A stretch of DNA of 64,000 nucleotides from Octopus sinensis. Its lineage: Eukaryota. Both the position numbers and the translations under genes were made by a program. Positions 46,192 through 59,425 of the stretch are shown here, piece by piece; positions within the stretch are counted from its first letter, which is position 1; each line of letters begins with the position of its first letter. Below the pieces are notes generated by a model, which ran no database searches, had not been told where the DNA came from, and was given only the letters and a program-made list of their open reading frames with translations. The stretch spans positions 79,298,001 through 79,362,000 of the forward strand of contig NC_043008.1 in assembly GCF_006345805.1 (NCBI RefSeq), read 5' to 3'.

Positions 46192-47258
46192 TTTCCTTCT
46201 TTCTTCAAATTTTCTTCCGTTTCTCGCCGAGTGTTTTCCGTACACCTAGGACAGAGAAGCTCATTGTATGCATTCCCAGATTACACACGCAAATTCATAG
46301 GTAAAATATGTATTTAAAAAATTAATGAATAAATAAATTCATGAATGGATGTTGTTTTCACATCGATAATACTCTTGTCTGTACATGAGCCTTTCCAGTC
46401 AACACAATCTTTTGCACTTCCTGTAGGGATGGTAAGCCTGGTATCATTTTCAAATAAGTTTCAGTACCTTTTCTTATCATTCCCAGAGATCCCACAACCA
46501 CATTTTTTCAATTTCTATTAGCAAGTCCTTATATTTACTAATCTTGTCAAATTCTTTTGCTGCTATATTGTGATCGCAAGGAATACTCATGTCAATTAAC
46601 AAACACATCCTTTTTGTCTGATCTTTTATGACAATATCCAGTTTATTAGCTTTTATAGTTCTGTCGGTATGTACAGGGAAGTCCCACTATTATTATTATT
46701 ATTATCATTCAGTAGTTTTATTTTTATAGCGTGCTTTCACTTCACTACCGAGCGCTGGGTATGCGCTGTGATTTGATGTGATGTTCTGATGGTTATTGTA
46801 TGGAAAGTGTTCTGTGTAGGATGTGTGCAGTGCCTAGTAGTGCAATTTTCTGTATGTTATATGTGTTTGTAAGTCCTGGTGTTTTTGTTATGTATTTGTC
46901 TCAATATTTTATCATGCCTAATGCACCTACTATGATAGGAATTGTTTCTGTTTTTAGATTCCACATTCTGGTTACCTCCATTTCCAGGTCTTTGTATTTT
47001 GAAAGTTTCTCCATTTCTTTTAGAGACACGTTGTCATCTGCTGGTATTAATACATCAATTAGTAAGCATTTTTTTTCTTCATGATCTCTGACAACTATAT
47101 CTGGTCTGTTGGCCTTAATTTCTCTATCTGTGTGTATCGGCATATCCCAGAGTATGGTTACTTTCTCGTTTTCTGTGACCTTTTCTGGTGTGTGCCTATA
47201 CCATCTTTTTTCTGTTGTTATTCCATAATGTTGGCATAGCTTCCAGTGTTGGCATAGC

Positions 47259-47260
<2 letters not shown>
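45850..47260 (-). mobile_element. Three tandem R4/Dong-like LINE 3' fragments (restriction-like endonuclease domain) separated by (TAA)n
   Basis: WDMPIHTDREIKANRPDIVV..LIDV.IP.DDNVSLKEMEKLSKYKDL..IIVGALG; related text at 46380-46690 and 45850-46070. Confidence 0.85.
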
Positions 47261-47306
<46 letters not shown>

Positions 47307-47469
47307 CATCATCATTATTATTATTATTATTATGGCAGTGAGCTGTCAGAATCATTAGCACCCAGGCAAAATGTTTAATAGCATTTCATGTCTTTACATT
47401 CTGAGTTCAAATTCTTTGCTCTTCATTCTTCTGGGTTGGTAAAATAAATAAGTATTTGTTGTTAAAAAT

Positions 47470-47860
47470 GCAACCTTGCATGGTTTCCCTTGAAATGTGA
47501 TATTAGTCCACATTTTGCCTATGAAATGTAATTTGTTGCTATGAGCAGATTTTGCTGTTTTTCTCAACATAGGTTTCTCTATTTTCTTCCATATTTATTA
47601 TTGAAATATCACTTCCAGTATCGAATTGAATTTTAATATGTATTCCATTTATTTTTACTTGTACAAATTTTCTTATTTGGGAGTCAGTTTTCGTTTCTGT
47701 TGAGAGCACTCTAGGATTTTTAACATTTGACTTTTGTAACTTTGTTCTGTGGTGTGAACCCTTGTGACCAATTCTTTTCCAACTGTAAAATTTTTGATTT
47801 TTAAATGGACAGTCTTTTCAGAAATGTATGCCTCCACATCCATTACATGGATTAGAACAA
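47470..47860 (-). mobile_element. Ty3/Gypsy gag zinc knuckle and aspartic protease remnant
   Basis: Manual translation: PCNGCGGIHF*KDCPFKNQKFYSWKRIGHK..RKFVQVKINGIHIKIQFDTGSDISIIN. Confidence 0.75.
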
Positions 47861-47869
47861 GTAAAAACT

Positions 47870-48110
47870 AAAAACCCAATCATTCTGCACCTACAATTTC
47901 TAATTATCACTTTATCAACTATTGAGTGATCTTTTGTTGCCCTACTTCATTTCTTGCATCCTTTCTGCTCTTCTGGAAATAGATTGCTCCTTTCCAGATG
48001 ATTATATAGCTTTTCCACCTAGACACCAGTCATAAGCTTCCACATAAGTGGTAAACATGTTATTGGTAAAAGATTTGGTTCTAAGTTACCTTTCATCACT
48101 CATCCACTTG
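47870..48110 (-). mobile_element. R4/Dong-like RT fragment
   Basis: PITCLPLMWKLMTG..LYNHLERSNLFPEEQKGCKK. Confidence 0.7.
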
Positions 48111-48914
48111 TCATCCAGGTAGGAATGTGGCTATGCTGCATGCATTCATCCAGTTGTGCAGCAATCCTTTCATGCAACTGTGTAAAGTTCTCCATCCAGG
48201 CCAGATCCTTTCCAATTTGCTAGTTGTCTGCCGACAAGATATATCAAGAACTGCTGGATGGATTTGAATGAAACTTTCAGGGATGTTTGGCACAAACTGA
48301 TTAGACTTTGGGATCAATCCGGAACCAGACAAGGATTCTGGATTATTTGTTATATTTACTTTACATGATTATGATCTTACAAGTTTTCAAGTTTTTCTGT
48401 AACTATTTTGAATGGTGAATTTGTTAACTTTCGCTTCTATTTCTGATACTAAATTTTTTACAGCCACCTTCACATTCTATGACTACTATTGGGATCGATC
48501 AGGTACCAGACAAGGATACTGGATTATTTTTCCAGTTTTTTTACTTAATTTTTGAGAGCAGTCAGGTTCATTTTTAGTATTTTCATTTGTGAGAGCAGTC
48601 GAGTTCATTTTAAAAATCATCTCTGGCTAATCGTTGAGAGGACATTGTTGTTGTTTTGGCAGAAGTTTGCACTCTTTGAGTGCTCTTGTTATTATTAATA
48701 TTAAGGCAGTGAGCTGGCAGAAGCATTAGCAACACTGGACAAAGTGCTTAATGATGTTTTGTCTATCTTTACTGAGTTCAAATATTACAAAATCAGCTTT
48801 GCTTTTCATTATTTTGGGGCCGATAAAATAAGTACCAGTTGAGAATTGGGGTCAATGTAATCAACTTGCTCACTTCCCAAAATGTCAGGTCTTGTGCCTA
48901 TAGTAGAAAAGATT

Positions 48915-49895
48915 ATTGTATTATTATTATTAAAGTATCCAATATTGTGCACAACATCCAATATTGTGATGTTATAGATTGAAGATATTGTGTACACCAG
49001 GGATTTGTACTATCTGTCAAGTCACAATAATGACCTCAGACAGACAGTACTTGACACAGTATGCATGTTGTTCCAATACACCAAGATTGTAGGGTATTTC
49101 TAAAATGTCCACCTGTTTCTTCAGGCTGGCTGGTATTAAATCCAGTACTCTAATGACAACAGGAACAGCTTTTACACTTGACTCTCACAGCCTCCACATA
49201 TTGGCAATCTCAAGTTTTAGCTCTCCATATTTGTTGACTTTTTCTTTCTTTCATGATAATATGTTGACCTTCTGGCATTGCCACATCAATTATTAGGCAC
49301 TCTTGCTTATGGTTCCTAAAGGCTACAATATCTGGCTTTTGGCACTCTAACACCTTGTCTAGCTGGAAGTCAAAGTCTCAGAGGACCTTTGCCTTCCCAT
49401 TTTCATCCATTACCTTTTCTGGTGTATGTTGGTACCAATCACCCATTATCTCGTATCCATACTTCTAGTATAGTAATCAGTGAATGTTTTGGGCTACCTT
49501 GTCATGTCTATGTTTGTACTCTTTCAGAACAAAACTTTCACAAGCACTAACAATGTGAGTCATACTTTTGACCTTCTTCCCACACATTTTGCATAGATTC
49601 ATTGCATTTGTGTGGTATACATCTCCCTTTTCACTGAGTTGATATTCAATGCCTGGTCCTGGGCAGTAACAATTAGGCTTTGCATTGAATATTGACTTCT
49701 CTGTGCAAAATATTGTCCAGCTCCAAGAACCCAAGGTACTTCCACCATCATCTAGAGCTCTCATTTGCTCCCCATTTAGCAATTCTACAATCTGCTCTTT
49801 TCACTCGTTTCAAAGTGAGCACTGCACACTTTGGGATCCCAAATTCAATTCCTATGTTCTTGCTGCACATCTATACAGTCTCAACCAGCTTCTCA
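48915..49895 (-). mobile_element. R4/Dong-like LINE fragment with internal deletion
   Basis: IEFGIPKCA, LCKMCGKKVKSMTHIVSAC..YKHRHDKVA (CCHC), ends at (TAA)n. Confidence 0.8.
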
Positions 49896-49904
49896 TTTCG
49901 TATT

Positions 49905-50548
49905 ATTAGAGACCGAGACCTATGGAAGTATGCTATGCGTGAGAAGACCCGACAGGACTAGTGAGACCATAACCCGTGGCCTCTACCTGGGATGTAGCCA
50001 GTCAACTTATGCATACCTTTCCTTCTTGGTACACAAAACTCCACTTGTGAAGACCCATTGAGGCAAGTGGAAATCAGAAATCAGAACCAAAATCGAAGTC
50101 GATCAACATCAATGGAAATTGCAGCTGTGATACCAGTGCCGGTGGGACGTAAGTGAACCATCCGATTGTGGCTGTTGCCAGCACCGCCCCAACTGGCCTC
50201 CCTGCCGGTAGCACGTAAAGAGCACCATCCGATCGTGGCCATTGCCAGCCTTGCCTGGCCCCCATGCCGGTGGCACGTAAAAAGCACCATCCGACTGTGG
50301 CCGTTGCCAGCACCGCCCCGACTGGCCTCCGTGCCGGTGGCACGTAAAAAGCACCATCCGATCGTGGCCATTGCCAGCCCCGTCTGGCACGTAAAAAGCA
50401 CCCACTACACTCACGGAGTCGTTGGCGTTAGGAAGGGCATCCAATTGTAGAAACATTGCCAGATCAGACTGGGCCTGGTGCAGCCTTCTGGCTTCCCAGA
50501 CCCCAGTTGAACCGTCCAACTCATGCTAGCATGGAAAGCGGATGCTAA

Positions 50549-50585
<37 letters not shown>
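49905..50585 (+). mobile_element. RTE 3' end: last codons through the complete 3'UTR and (GAT)n tail
   Basis: RDLWKYAMREKTRQD*, then UTR, hairpin units, GGAAAGCGGATGCTAAATGATG. Confidence 0.88.
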
Positions 50586-50586
<1 letters not shown>

Positions 50587-50599
50587 CATCATCATCATC

Positions 50600-52420
50600 A
50601 TTACTATATGCACAACAGATTAAACTGTTGGAAAATATTCCTACCATCAGGCTACAACAATTAACCTTGGATCTCAAGAGCCTTCTTAAGTATCCTAGCA
50701 GTCCCTAACAGTACTGATTTCTGGAGCAGCACTAAACTAAATTTTATGCACATGTTCTCTGTCCATCTGCTCAAATCTTTAGGAATAGTTTTTAATGCAC
50801 CTATAACTACAGAGATACATTTTATGCACACTTTCCATAGCCTCTATAACTCAATGGCCAGGTTCTGGTACTTTGCTATTTTCCTTATACTTCTTATATT
50901 GACTTTCTCACCATTTGGGACTGTAAAATCAATTACCTGGCATTTTCTATTCCCTTTGTCTACTACAACTAAATCAGGCCTTCTAGCCTCTATTACTCTA
51001 TCAGTCTGGATGTTAAAATCTCACACTGTCTTATACTTCTTACTTGTAGCATTTTACTAGGTTCATGTTCATGCCACTTATCAGTATGGTCAAATCCTAG
51101 CTTTCTACATAACTCCCAGTGGATTACTCACTGTAGGTTGTCATGTCTTTTCTTGTATTCTTTCTGTGCCAGCATACTACATTCACTAAATATGTGAGTA
51201 ACACTTTCTTCATTTGTTTTACATACTCTATATTGGGAATTTGTCTATCTTCGTTTTTATCTAGTTAGTCTTCAGTACCTAATCTTGTGCTGCAGATAAC
51301 ACAACCTTTCTGTCTCCCTCTTCAGTCTTCCTTTCTGCAACCACAACCATACCTCACTATTACTATTTTCTGCAACTATGTTTGGAAATCTACTATGCAA
51401 AGCTTTCCCTTGCCAATCAGATAATCTTGCTTTTTTTCTTTTTTGGCTTTTAACTACATTTGGCTTTTTACTTTCCCTATGTCCTACTGTTACACTAGTA
51501 GTTCAATAAAACTTTCTCACTATTACATACATAGGAAGCTATATATACTCTAGCTAACTCCACACAGTCTCCTACTGATATTAAACCTTTACTACTTCTC
51601 TTTTTATGTAAATACACTCTTACTACTCCTACTCTAGGATGACGGACTCTACTCATATTGAATTCCTTCTAATTCTGTCTAGAATTGTTATTTCAGATTT
51701 TGCCCAGTCTACAAAAACTGATGAATATCTAAGTAGTGATACTGCTCGAGTATTTACAGTTAAAGCTAAATTTGGACCATTTAGCTTTAACTTCATTAAT
51801 TTCCTCACACTTCTAAGGTACTCCTTCTTAACTTTCTCTTTCATTTTTATAGTTAGTATTCTGTCAGATTCTAATACACCTACATACTTATAATTTTTTC
51901 CATCTTTCAGTGATTTTAATGTCTGGTCATCTGGTAACTGAATGCCTTCACAGCTGACTAATATTGCACAATGATTATCTATGCCACCAAATTCCATACC
52001 CACATCTTTGCTGAAGAGTTTTACTGTTTGTATTAAAGGATCTATCTCTTTTTTATTCTTACTAAAAAGCTTCAGATCATCCATGTAAATGGTTAATTTT
52101 TCCTCTTGATATTAACTTTCCCTCTGGCTGTATCACCTGAGTAAGATTTACTTTCCATTTCTTCAGGTTATAACTAATTAAATTTCTTATGTTGTCGGAA
52201 GTACTGAATATACTCATTCACTTATCCATGAATGTGGTATCATGTTATAGGTTTTCTTATAATCTATCTAAGCCATTGTTAAATTTTTCTTTCTAGATCT
52301 CGCTTCCTTTAGAACTATTTTCTCTATGTATAATAGATCGTACATTCCTTTAACCTTCCTACAACCTTCCTGTTCCTCTGGAAGTAAATTCTGGTTGTCA
52401 AGATGCTCATAAATGCTTTC
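50600..52420 (-). mobile_element. R4/Dong-like LINE, RT to 3' end, decayed
   Basis: IDYKKTYNMIPHSW, MDDLKLFSKN, YKYVGVLE, VKKEYLRSVRKL. Confidence 0.82.
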
Positions 52421-55277
52421 TGACTAATATCAAAAGTGAAAAGCAAGTATATATGAATATTTTGAGAATTTCTTTGAATATATTGAAGAAATTGGAAGTG
52501 GGCATACCCCCAAAAATTCAAATATATGAGTTCCTTACTCTTGGAAAATGATGTACATGATCAACCAATGAATCAGCAGCAGTGTTAAGCCCAATAAATG
52601 ATATTCTCGTGGCTGTGTGTGTGTGTGTGACTGGCAGGAGAATTAATGCCTAACTTTTTTTTTTTGCCTTCCTATTTTCCAGCTTATATTTGCATTTCAA
52701 GGATGATAACACTTTTTTTCCTCGGTTGAAGGCCAGAGCATTTCTTCCTTTTTAGAATATTGTCACTGCAATTCCAATGCTGTTCTGCCAACCCATTATG
52801 TTGACTTAACCCAATACTAACAGTGATAATCTGAAGTAATCACAGCGCTTCAAAAGTTTGACATTTACATTAATTTTGCACTTGTTTTTTGTAAATGACT
52901 CTTTCCTCACTGACAGCTAGCCTATCTGCATGTCTCTCTCTAAAATAGCAGTTTTTATATCACACATTGCTGATAATCATTCTTGTCCAAAAGTACTTCT
53001 AGCTTGGCTTTCTTCTCGAAGCTGTTGTCAGTTATCCATACAGCAAACATTGACTATGTTACCCTTAATCAATTACCAAATTACGTATCTTAATGAATGT
53101 AAATTAGCTTTATTACATTGCATCTTAATGATCCTAAATCAAGAAATTATCATTGAAGTTATAAATATCCATCAAAGTGCTGCAAACTGACTGTAGATAC
53201 ACATCGGGAAATTCAATCTGAGAATGTTTGTGTAAATTGGGTTTATTGGCATGGTCAAAACATTGTTAAATTGTTGATAAAGATGTTGAATCTCTAGCTT
53301 GGAAATTATTTTTGCCAAAATGATAAATTTGTTCTTAAAATTTCCAGATACGAGGCTCTTTTATCTCAATTATCAGTGTTTAGGAATCAATTTTTTTTAT
53401 TAGCTTTTCCTTATCTGACTCTTTGATTGGTTGTCTTGAATGCAATATTTAATATTCTCTTTAAAATATTTATATTAACTTGATAATCAAGAAATGTGGA
53501 ATCTTAAAACTTCATATCTCAGTGAAGTTTAAAAATTTTGGTAAGTTTGCTGGAAGAGAGTTCTAATATTTTAGTGAAGCCTTCTACAAAGGGAAACACT
53601 ACTACTAAGTAACTTGGGTTCTTATCTGATGCCAAACTTTCAAAGTTTATTTGCTCATCATCCTTTGAAATCCTTTTAAAAGAAGTTTACTTTTTGATAT
53701 TACAATAAAGATAAGGTCTTAAGTTACAAGTTCAGTTTAAGTGGACTGTAACCAATACAACAGGAGTTATGATGTTTTCAAAGAAAGTGACTATATTCAA
53801 ATGAGTCTAATGTTTGAGTTTATGGTCCAATTTAAACATATCTCTATAACATACTGAGCTTACGATGTCAACATAAATGTGTTAATATCAGGTTATTTTG
53901 GAAATAATTGAAAAATGGTTAGGAATTAAAATTTATTATATGTAATATGAAGCAAAATTTTATTCAAAACTTGAAAGAAAGAAAAATTTCTCTCAATTAT
54001 GTTGCGTCAAGCACAAGAAAGATACATGCAAAATAATAACTCTGCTTCATGCTTTATCTGGACTATACAGCCAATCTGCTACAAGTTTAAGTTTATGTGA
54101 TGCTGTTTCATGAGAAAGAACAAAGTTTCACACTTTATGTAAGGATTGTATATACTGCAAGCATTCCCTATCACCAAATTGATAGCAGCGATTTTACAGT
54201 TTGTTTATTAGAATGACATCATAATAAAAAAGGAGTTAATTTTTTTTCAAATGGACTCAAAAGATCATTTTATATATCTAAAACTAACCTTGCTTTTATA
54301 TTTTGAAAATTGTTTTTAAATTTTATAAAACTGACAAACATTCTGGTTGAATTGAAAAATGGTAGTTCTGCATTTTATATTACTTCTCTAATGCTTCTCT
54401 ATTTGTATATAGAACCATTATAGTTACGTAAGTTGTCTTGATAATTGAACAATAAATGTTTTAAAGTCACTTGTAAAAATCAACACTAGAGTTAAATTAT
54501 TTTATTACACAAAAACACATAGATATGCATTAACAATCATTGGGTTGTATTTTTGTTAGTTGCTTAATAGCAGGTAATATTTTTAGAAATATTTTATTCT
54601 AATTACATATTTTTGATAGTTGTTTTAATACAGAAGATACTTTTAAAAAAATTCAATTTCAAATCAGGTAACTTAGCAAAACAAAATTGAATATTTTTGA
54701 CTCTTGAATATTCTAACTCACCAAACTATGGCCAAAGACTAGAAAACTAACCTTTTTGTGCACAAAGTGGTAAATTGATATTTTGTAGACAGATTTTTTT
54801 TTACACTAAGAGACATCCCCCACCACCTTTTGATTGGTCTTCTACCCACGGATTTGGTTTTTGCGGCTTAAGCATGTGATCTGTAGGCATCTTTTCTTCA
54901 ATAGCTGTAATGTGCCTGAAAAATTAAAAATAATTATTAACTAATGAAGTTTTAAGACTCTGGCACAAAGCTGTCCTACAATATTTAATATTAAAGAAAG
55001 ATTGTTTATAATAAAAATAGTTATCACCACATGGTCCTTAAAATAGACTGATAGCAGTCTGTCTCTGTTGACTAAAAAAATGAAAAAAATATGATGTGCA
55101 ACAAGTAAAGGTAACTTCTGACATTTCATGCAAAACCAAGTTCAAAGAAATATATTGGAAAGTTGTAAATGAAGTTTAAGATAGCTGTACATTGTGTAGG
55201 TTAATATTTACTTAAGGACAGGTCACCTATCAAAATAATGGAGGGAGAATGTGAAATGTAAGAAGGATCTGTATATA

Positions 55278-56512
55278 TCAGGTCATCCCATAAGTTCTGT
55301 CTGAATTTTGAATAAAGAAAACAAGTGATCAAATGTTATATTTAATTGAAATTTAATCATCAATGTACTTTCCCTGATTATCTATGACTTCCTTCCATCT
55401 ATTTACAAGCTTTTTAATCCCATCAATATAAAACTCTTTTGGTTTCAAAACGAAGAACTCTGAAATGTCAGTTTTGACCTCCTTCTGGCTTGCAAAAGTT
55501 ATGTTCCCCAAATGATTCTGTAAACTACAAAACAAATGGTAGTCTGAAGAAGCAAGGTCAGGAGAATAAGGTGGATGAGAAATTTTTTCCCAACCAAGCT
55601 CTTTGATCTTCTGTGATGTGATCTTTGCAATGTGGGGTCACTCATGAAACATCACTCCTTTTCGATTTACTAAAGCGGGTCTTTTTTTTCTTCAAAACTT
55701 GGTTCAAATGCTCTAATTGCTGACAGTAGACTTGAGCATTGATTATTGCATTAGGTGGTAACAATTCAAAGTGAATTACTCCTGTGCAATCCCACCAGAT
55801 AGAGAGATGAACCTTTTTTCCATGAAGTTCCCTTCTTGGTTGTGGTTGAGCTTTTTCCCTTTTACTAAACCACTGTTTATGATGTTTAACATTTCAATAG
55901 AAGATCCATTTTTCATCACCTGTCACAAGTCTATCCAAAAAGGGTGAAATGAGTTGGGTAGAATGGAGAGAAGAGCAGATGTCAACTTGGGATTTGTGGT
56001 TGTTTTCGGACAATTCATGAGGCACCTATTTTACAAGTTTAGGAACCTTTCCAAGTTGTTAAAGATGATGATGTGATAATGCAGGATTTTCTTCAAGTAA
56101 TGCCTCAAAGAGCTTATAATCAAACTCAACTGGACGTCCTGTTCGATCTTCATCTTCAAGGTTGAAATCTCCACTTCTGAATTTTGCAAACCATCTTCTG
56201 CAAGTTCTTTCATTCTAGTATTTTTTCCCATAAACTGAGTGTATGTTTTGAGTTGCTTTGGCTGCAGAGTTTCCATGTTTGTACTCATAAAGCATTATGT
56301 GCCTTAAATGTTCTTTGGATACTTCCAAGTTATAAAGGGTTTTAATCAAAGAAATTTTAATTCTATTATTCTGTAAAAGAATATTTAATTAATTTAAATG
56401 TACACAAATGCATAAAAATAATTTTTAATTCCATTAAACATTCTGAAATACTATTAAATTTCATTCAATTCTAAAACAGGTAAAATTGGACAGAATTTAT
56501 GGGATGACCTGA
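55278..56512 (-). mobile_element. Full-length mariner element (1235 bp), decayed transposase
   Basis: TA|TCAGGTCATCCCATAAGTTCTGTC ... GACAGAATTTATGGGATGACCTGA|TA; VPHEL, TGDEKW, HPPYSPDLASSDYHLF motifs. Confidence 0.92.
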
Positions 56513-56565
56513 TACATACATATACATACATATATGCAAGCATACATACATACATACATACATAT

Positions 56566-57190
56566 TTCAAACATGAAATAGAAGCAACACTAGTGTAATA
56601 AACATTATCAGTCACATATGCTTAACATATATGCTTTGTATATTTGTCAGCGGGGTGCAATTTGGCATGGTGGAAAATACTCTCCCAAAGTGCCAGGTGT
56701 TAAAACACCTGAAAGTCATGGACAGGTAAGATAACTCACCTCTAATCCTATCGAGGAGTGATTGACATTGATGTTTTGCAATTTTTGTTCACATACCTGA
56801 ACAAGATCAGAGATAAATCATTTCACCAGTCCACAACCTATCCACATATAGCATGCAAACTATGTGTGAGAATGCCCAGACAAGAATAAATTCAAATATG
56901 AAATAGAAGCAGCACTAGTGTAATAAACATTATCAATCACACATATTTAACATATATGCCTCCAATTTGTAGGCTCCAATTTGGCATGGTGAAGAATAAT
57001 CTTTCAAAGTGCCATGTGTTAAAACAGCTCAACCCAAATCCCATTCAGGAGTGATGAACACTGATGTTTCACCATTTTTGTGGCTTATCAACATCACATA
57101 CCTGAACAAGATTGGAGGTAAATCATTTTGCCAGTCAACAACCTTTAATGCATATGGTGTACAAATTATGTGCAGTATGTTTTATACAGA
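56566..57190 (+). repeat. Diverged tandem duplication, period about 325 bp
   Basis: TTCAAA.ATGAAATAGAAGCA.CACTAGTGTAATAAACATTATCA at 56566 and 56891. Confidence 0.85.
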
Positions 57191-57254
57191 CACACAGACA
57201 CACACATATATAAATACATACATACATACATACATACATACATACATACATACA

Positions 57255-57285
<31 letters not shown>

Positions 57286-57289
57286 GATA

Positions 57290-58275
57290 TGAAGGCACTG
57301 TGAATAAAGATAAAGTGACCCAAGAATATTACACCAGACTTAGGAAAATATGGCAGGTGGAATTCTCCTCTTACAACAAAGCAATATCCTACAATGCATT
57401 TGCAGTACCAGTACTGATCCCAACATTCGGGATACTTGATTGGTCTAGAGGAAATCCACTCCATAGATATCAAAACCCGCAAAATCCTGACAACAGTTGG
57501 GAACTTCCACAGAAACAGTGATGTTGACAGGCTCTACCTAAGAAGAAATGAAGATGGTAGAGGCCTGAGATCAGTGCAGACAGCCTTCGAATACTGTATA
57601 GTATCACTCAGGCAGCACCTGCTAAACAACAGCAGCAAAAATAAATATATCAATGCAATGCTGAAAAGGGAAGTGAGCAACATTGTATGAGTTGGCAGTG
57701 AGCTCCTCAAGCAGCACTCTCTTCCTGATGATCTCCTATACAGCCCCAAGAGAGCTGGGTTGTCTTACCTCAGAGAAGACCTGGATGGAAAGCATCAGTA
57801 TACAAAAAAAGACTATACGTGGGTATGTTACCCGGAAGCTTGATGAAGACAGTAGAATGGACATGAAGTGCAGCCTCTCTTGGACACAAGACCACTACAT
57901 CACGTCACACTTTGAAGGCTATGCATTTGCAATCCAGGAACAGGAGATTGCGATAAAGTACCTGGGGAACAAGGGAGACAGTGACACTCTTGTAATCTCA
58001 AGGTGCAACTGCATGTGCAGGCTATGTCATGTTCCTGTGGATGACATCACACATGTGATTAGCAGCCGTCCTAAGATGTCATCGTGGTACTACCTCCCTA
58101 TGTAGCATGATGTTGTTGCTAAAACAGTTTACAATGCTATCTGCAAAAAAGACTGTCTTGAAACAAGCTTAGAAAATCCCTGTCATGGAATACATTCATA
58201 AACACAAACTCAAGGAATACTGGTGGAATATTCCCATCAAAACTTCTGTCAAATGTAAACATAGCAGGCTGGATG
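57290..58275 (+). mobile_element. R4/Dong-like LINE fragment (post-RT to CCHC), ending in a fold-back
   Basis: SDVDRLYLRRNEDGRGL, EGYAFAIQEQEI, CRLCHVPVDDITHVIS, HDVVAK. Confidence 0.82.
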
Positions 58276-58426
58276 TGTTTACATTTGACAGAAGTTTTGA
58301 TGGGAATATTCCATGTAGTGTTAACTACATTCCAAAGATGGAGCCTTATATCTTTGTTGGAAACCAGCTCCCTCCTTAGTAGATTTCTAATAATTAAAAA
58401 AATAGAAGAGACATACACATATATCA

Positions 58427-59027
58427 TCTTGATAATATTAAAGCTCTAGGGATGTTTGTGTATAACTGAAATATCTCAGAAATAGTATATTTTATCTTGA
58501 TTTTTTTTACATATTTATTTTCATACTTACTTTCGGCAGTGCAGTACAAATTTTTGCGATATTTGGACCTCTATTTAAATGATTAAACACAATTTTTGTC
58601 ATTTCTTGATGAAAAAATATATGGCTACAATGATGTCAACACACATACACACATACAGAATACACACACATAATGAATGTCATGGTGAGTCAATCAACAC
58701 AAACACATGTCCACTATCTGTGACATATAGACACTCGGTCTTCGTGCTCTTTAAGAAAAAAAAAACTGTTGACTTTTTAACATACAAAATTTCATAATCT
58801 GGAGTTCATTAATTTCCATAAAAAATCTTTATTCATTTACTTTTGTTTTAAAATGAAAGAGAGAAGAAAGTGAAAGATGCATGTATGCATATATGAAATG
58901 GATGTGTATGTGTGTGTGAAAGAGAGAGAGAGAGAAAGAGAGCGTGGGTGAGTGAAGGGATGTGTTGTCATGTATATGTACATACATCAATACATATGCG
59001 TACATCTTTTTTGTATGTACATGTGCA

Positions 59028-59069
<42 letters not shown>

Positions 59070-59425
59070 TGAGTGAACTTGTGTGTTCTCATATATGTGT
59101 AAGTGGCACACTCTCTTTGTCTCTCTCACTCTATCTTTCTCTCTCTGTCTCTCTCACACACACTTCATATACACGTTCATACATCTTTCACTTTCTCCTC
59201 TCTTTCACTTTAAAACAAAAGTAACAGGTGATTTTCAGGATAAAAATTGTTAAAAAATAGCTTCTACTCATGTAAATTGATTGCTATAGTTTGGATAGTT
59301 CCAATTAAATAAGTCCAGAAGTTAGGTTAAATATATACATGCATAAGTATCATGAATTCCTATTCTACAAAATGGCAAACAGTTCCATGAATACTTTACC
59401 AGGCAACGCTGGGTAGTAAGTCTAG
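58427..59425 (+). mobile_element. Probable non-autonomous Helitron (about 1 kb) containing an internal inverted-repeat module
   Basis: A|TCTTGATAATATTAAAGC start; CCAGGCAACGCTGGG-TAGTAAGT-CTAG|T end. Confidence 0.55.
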
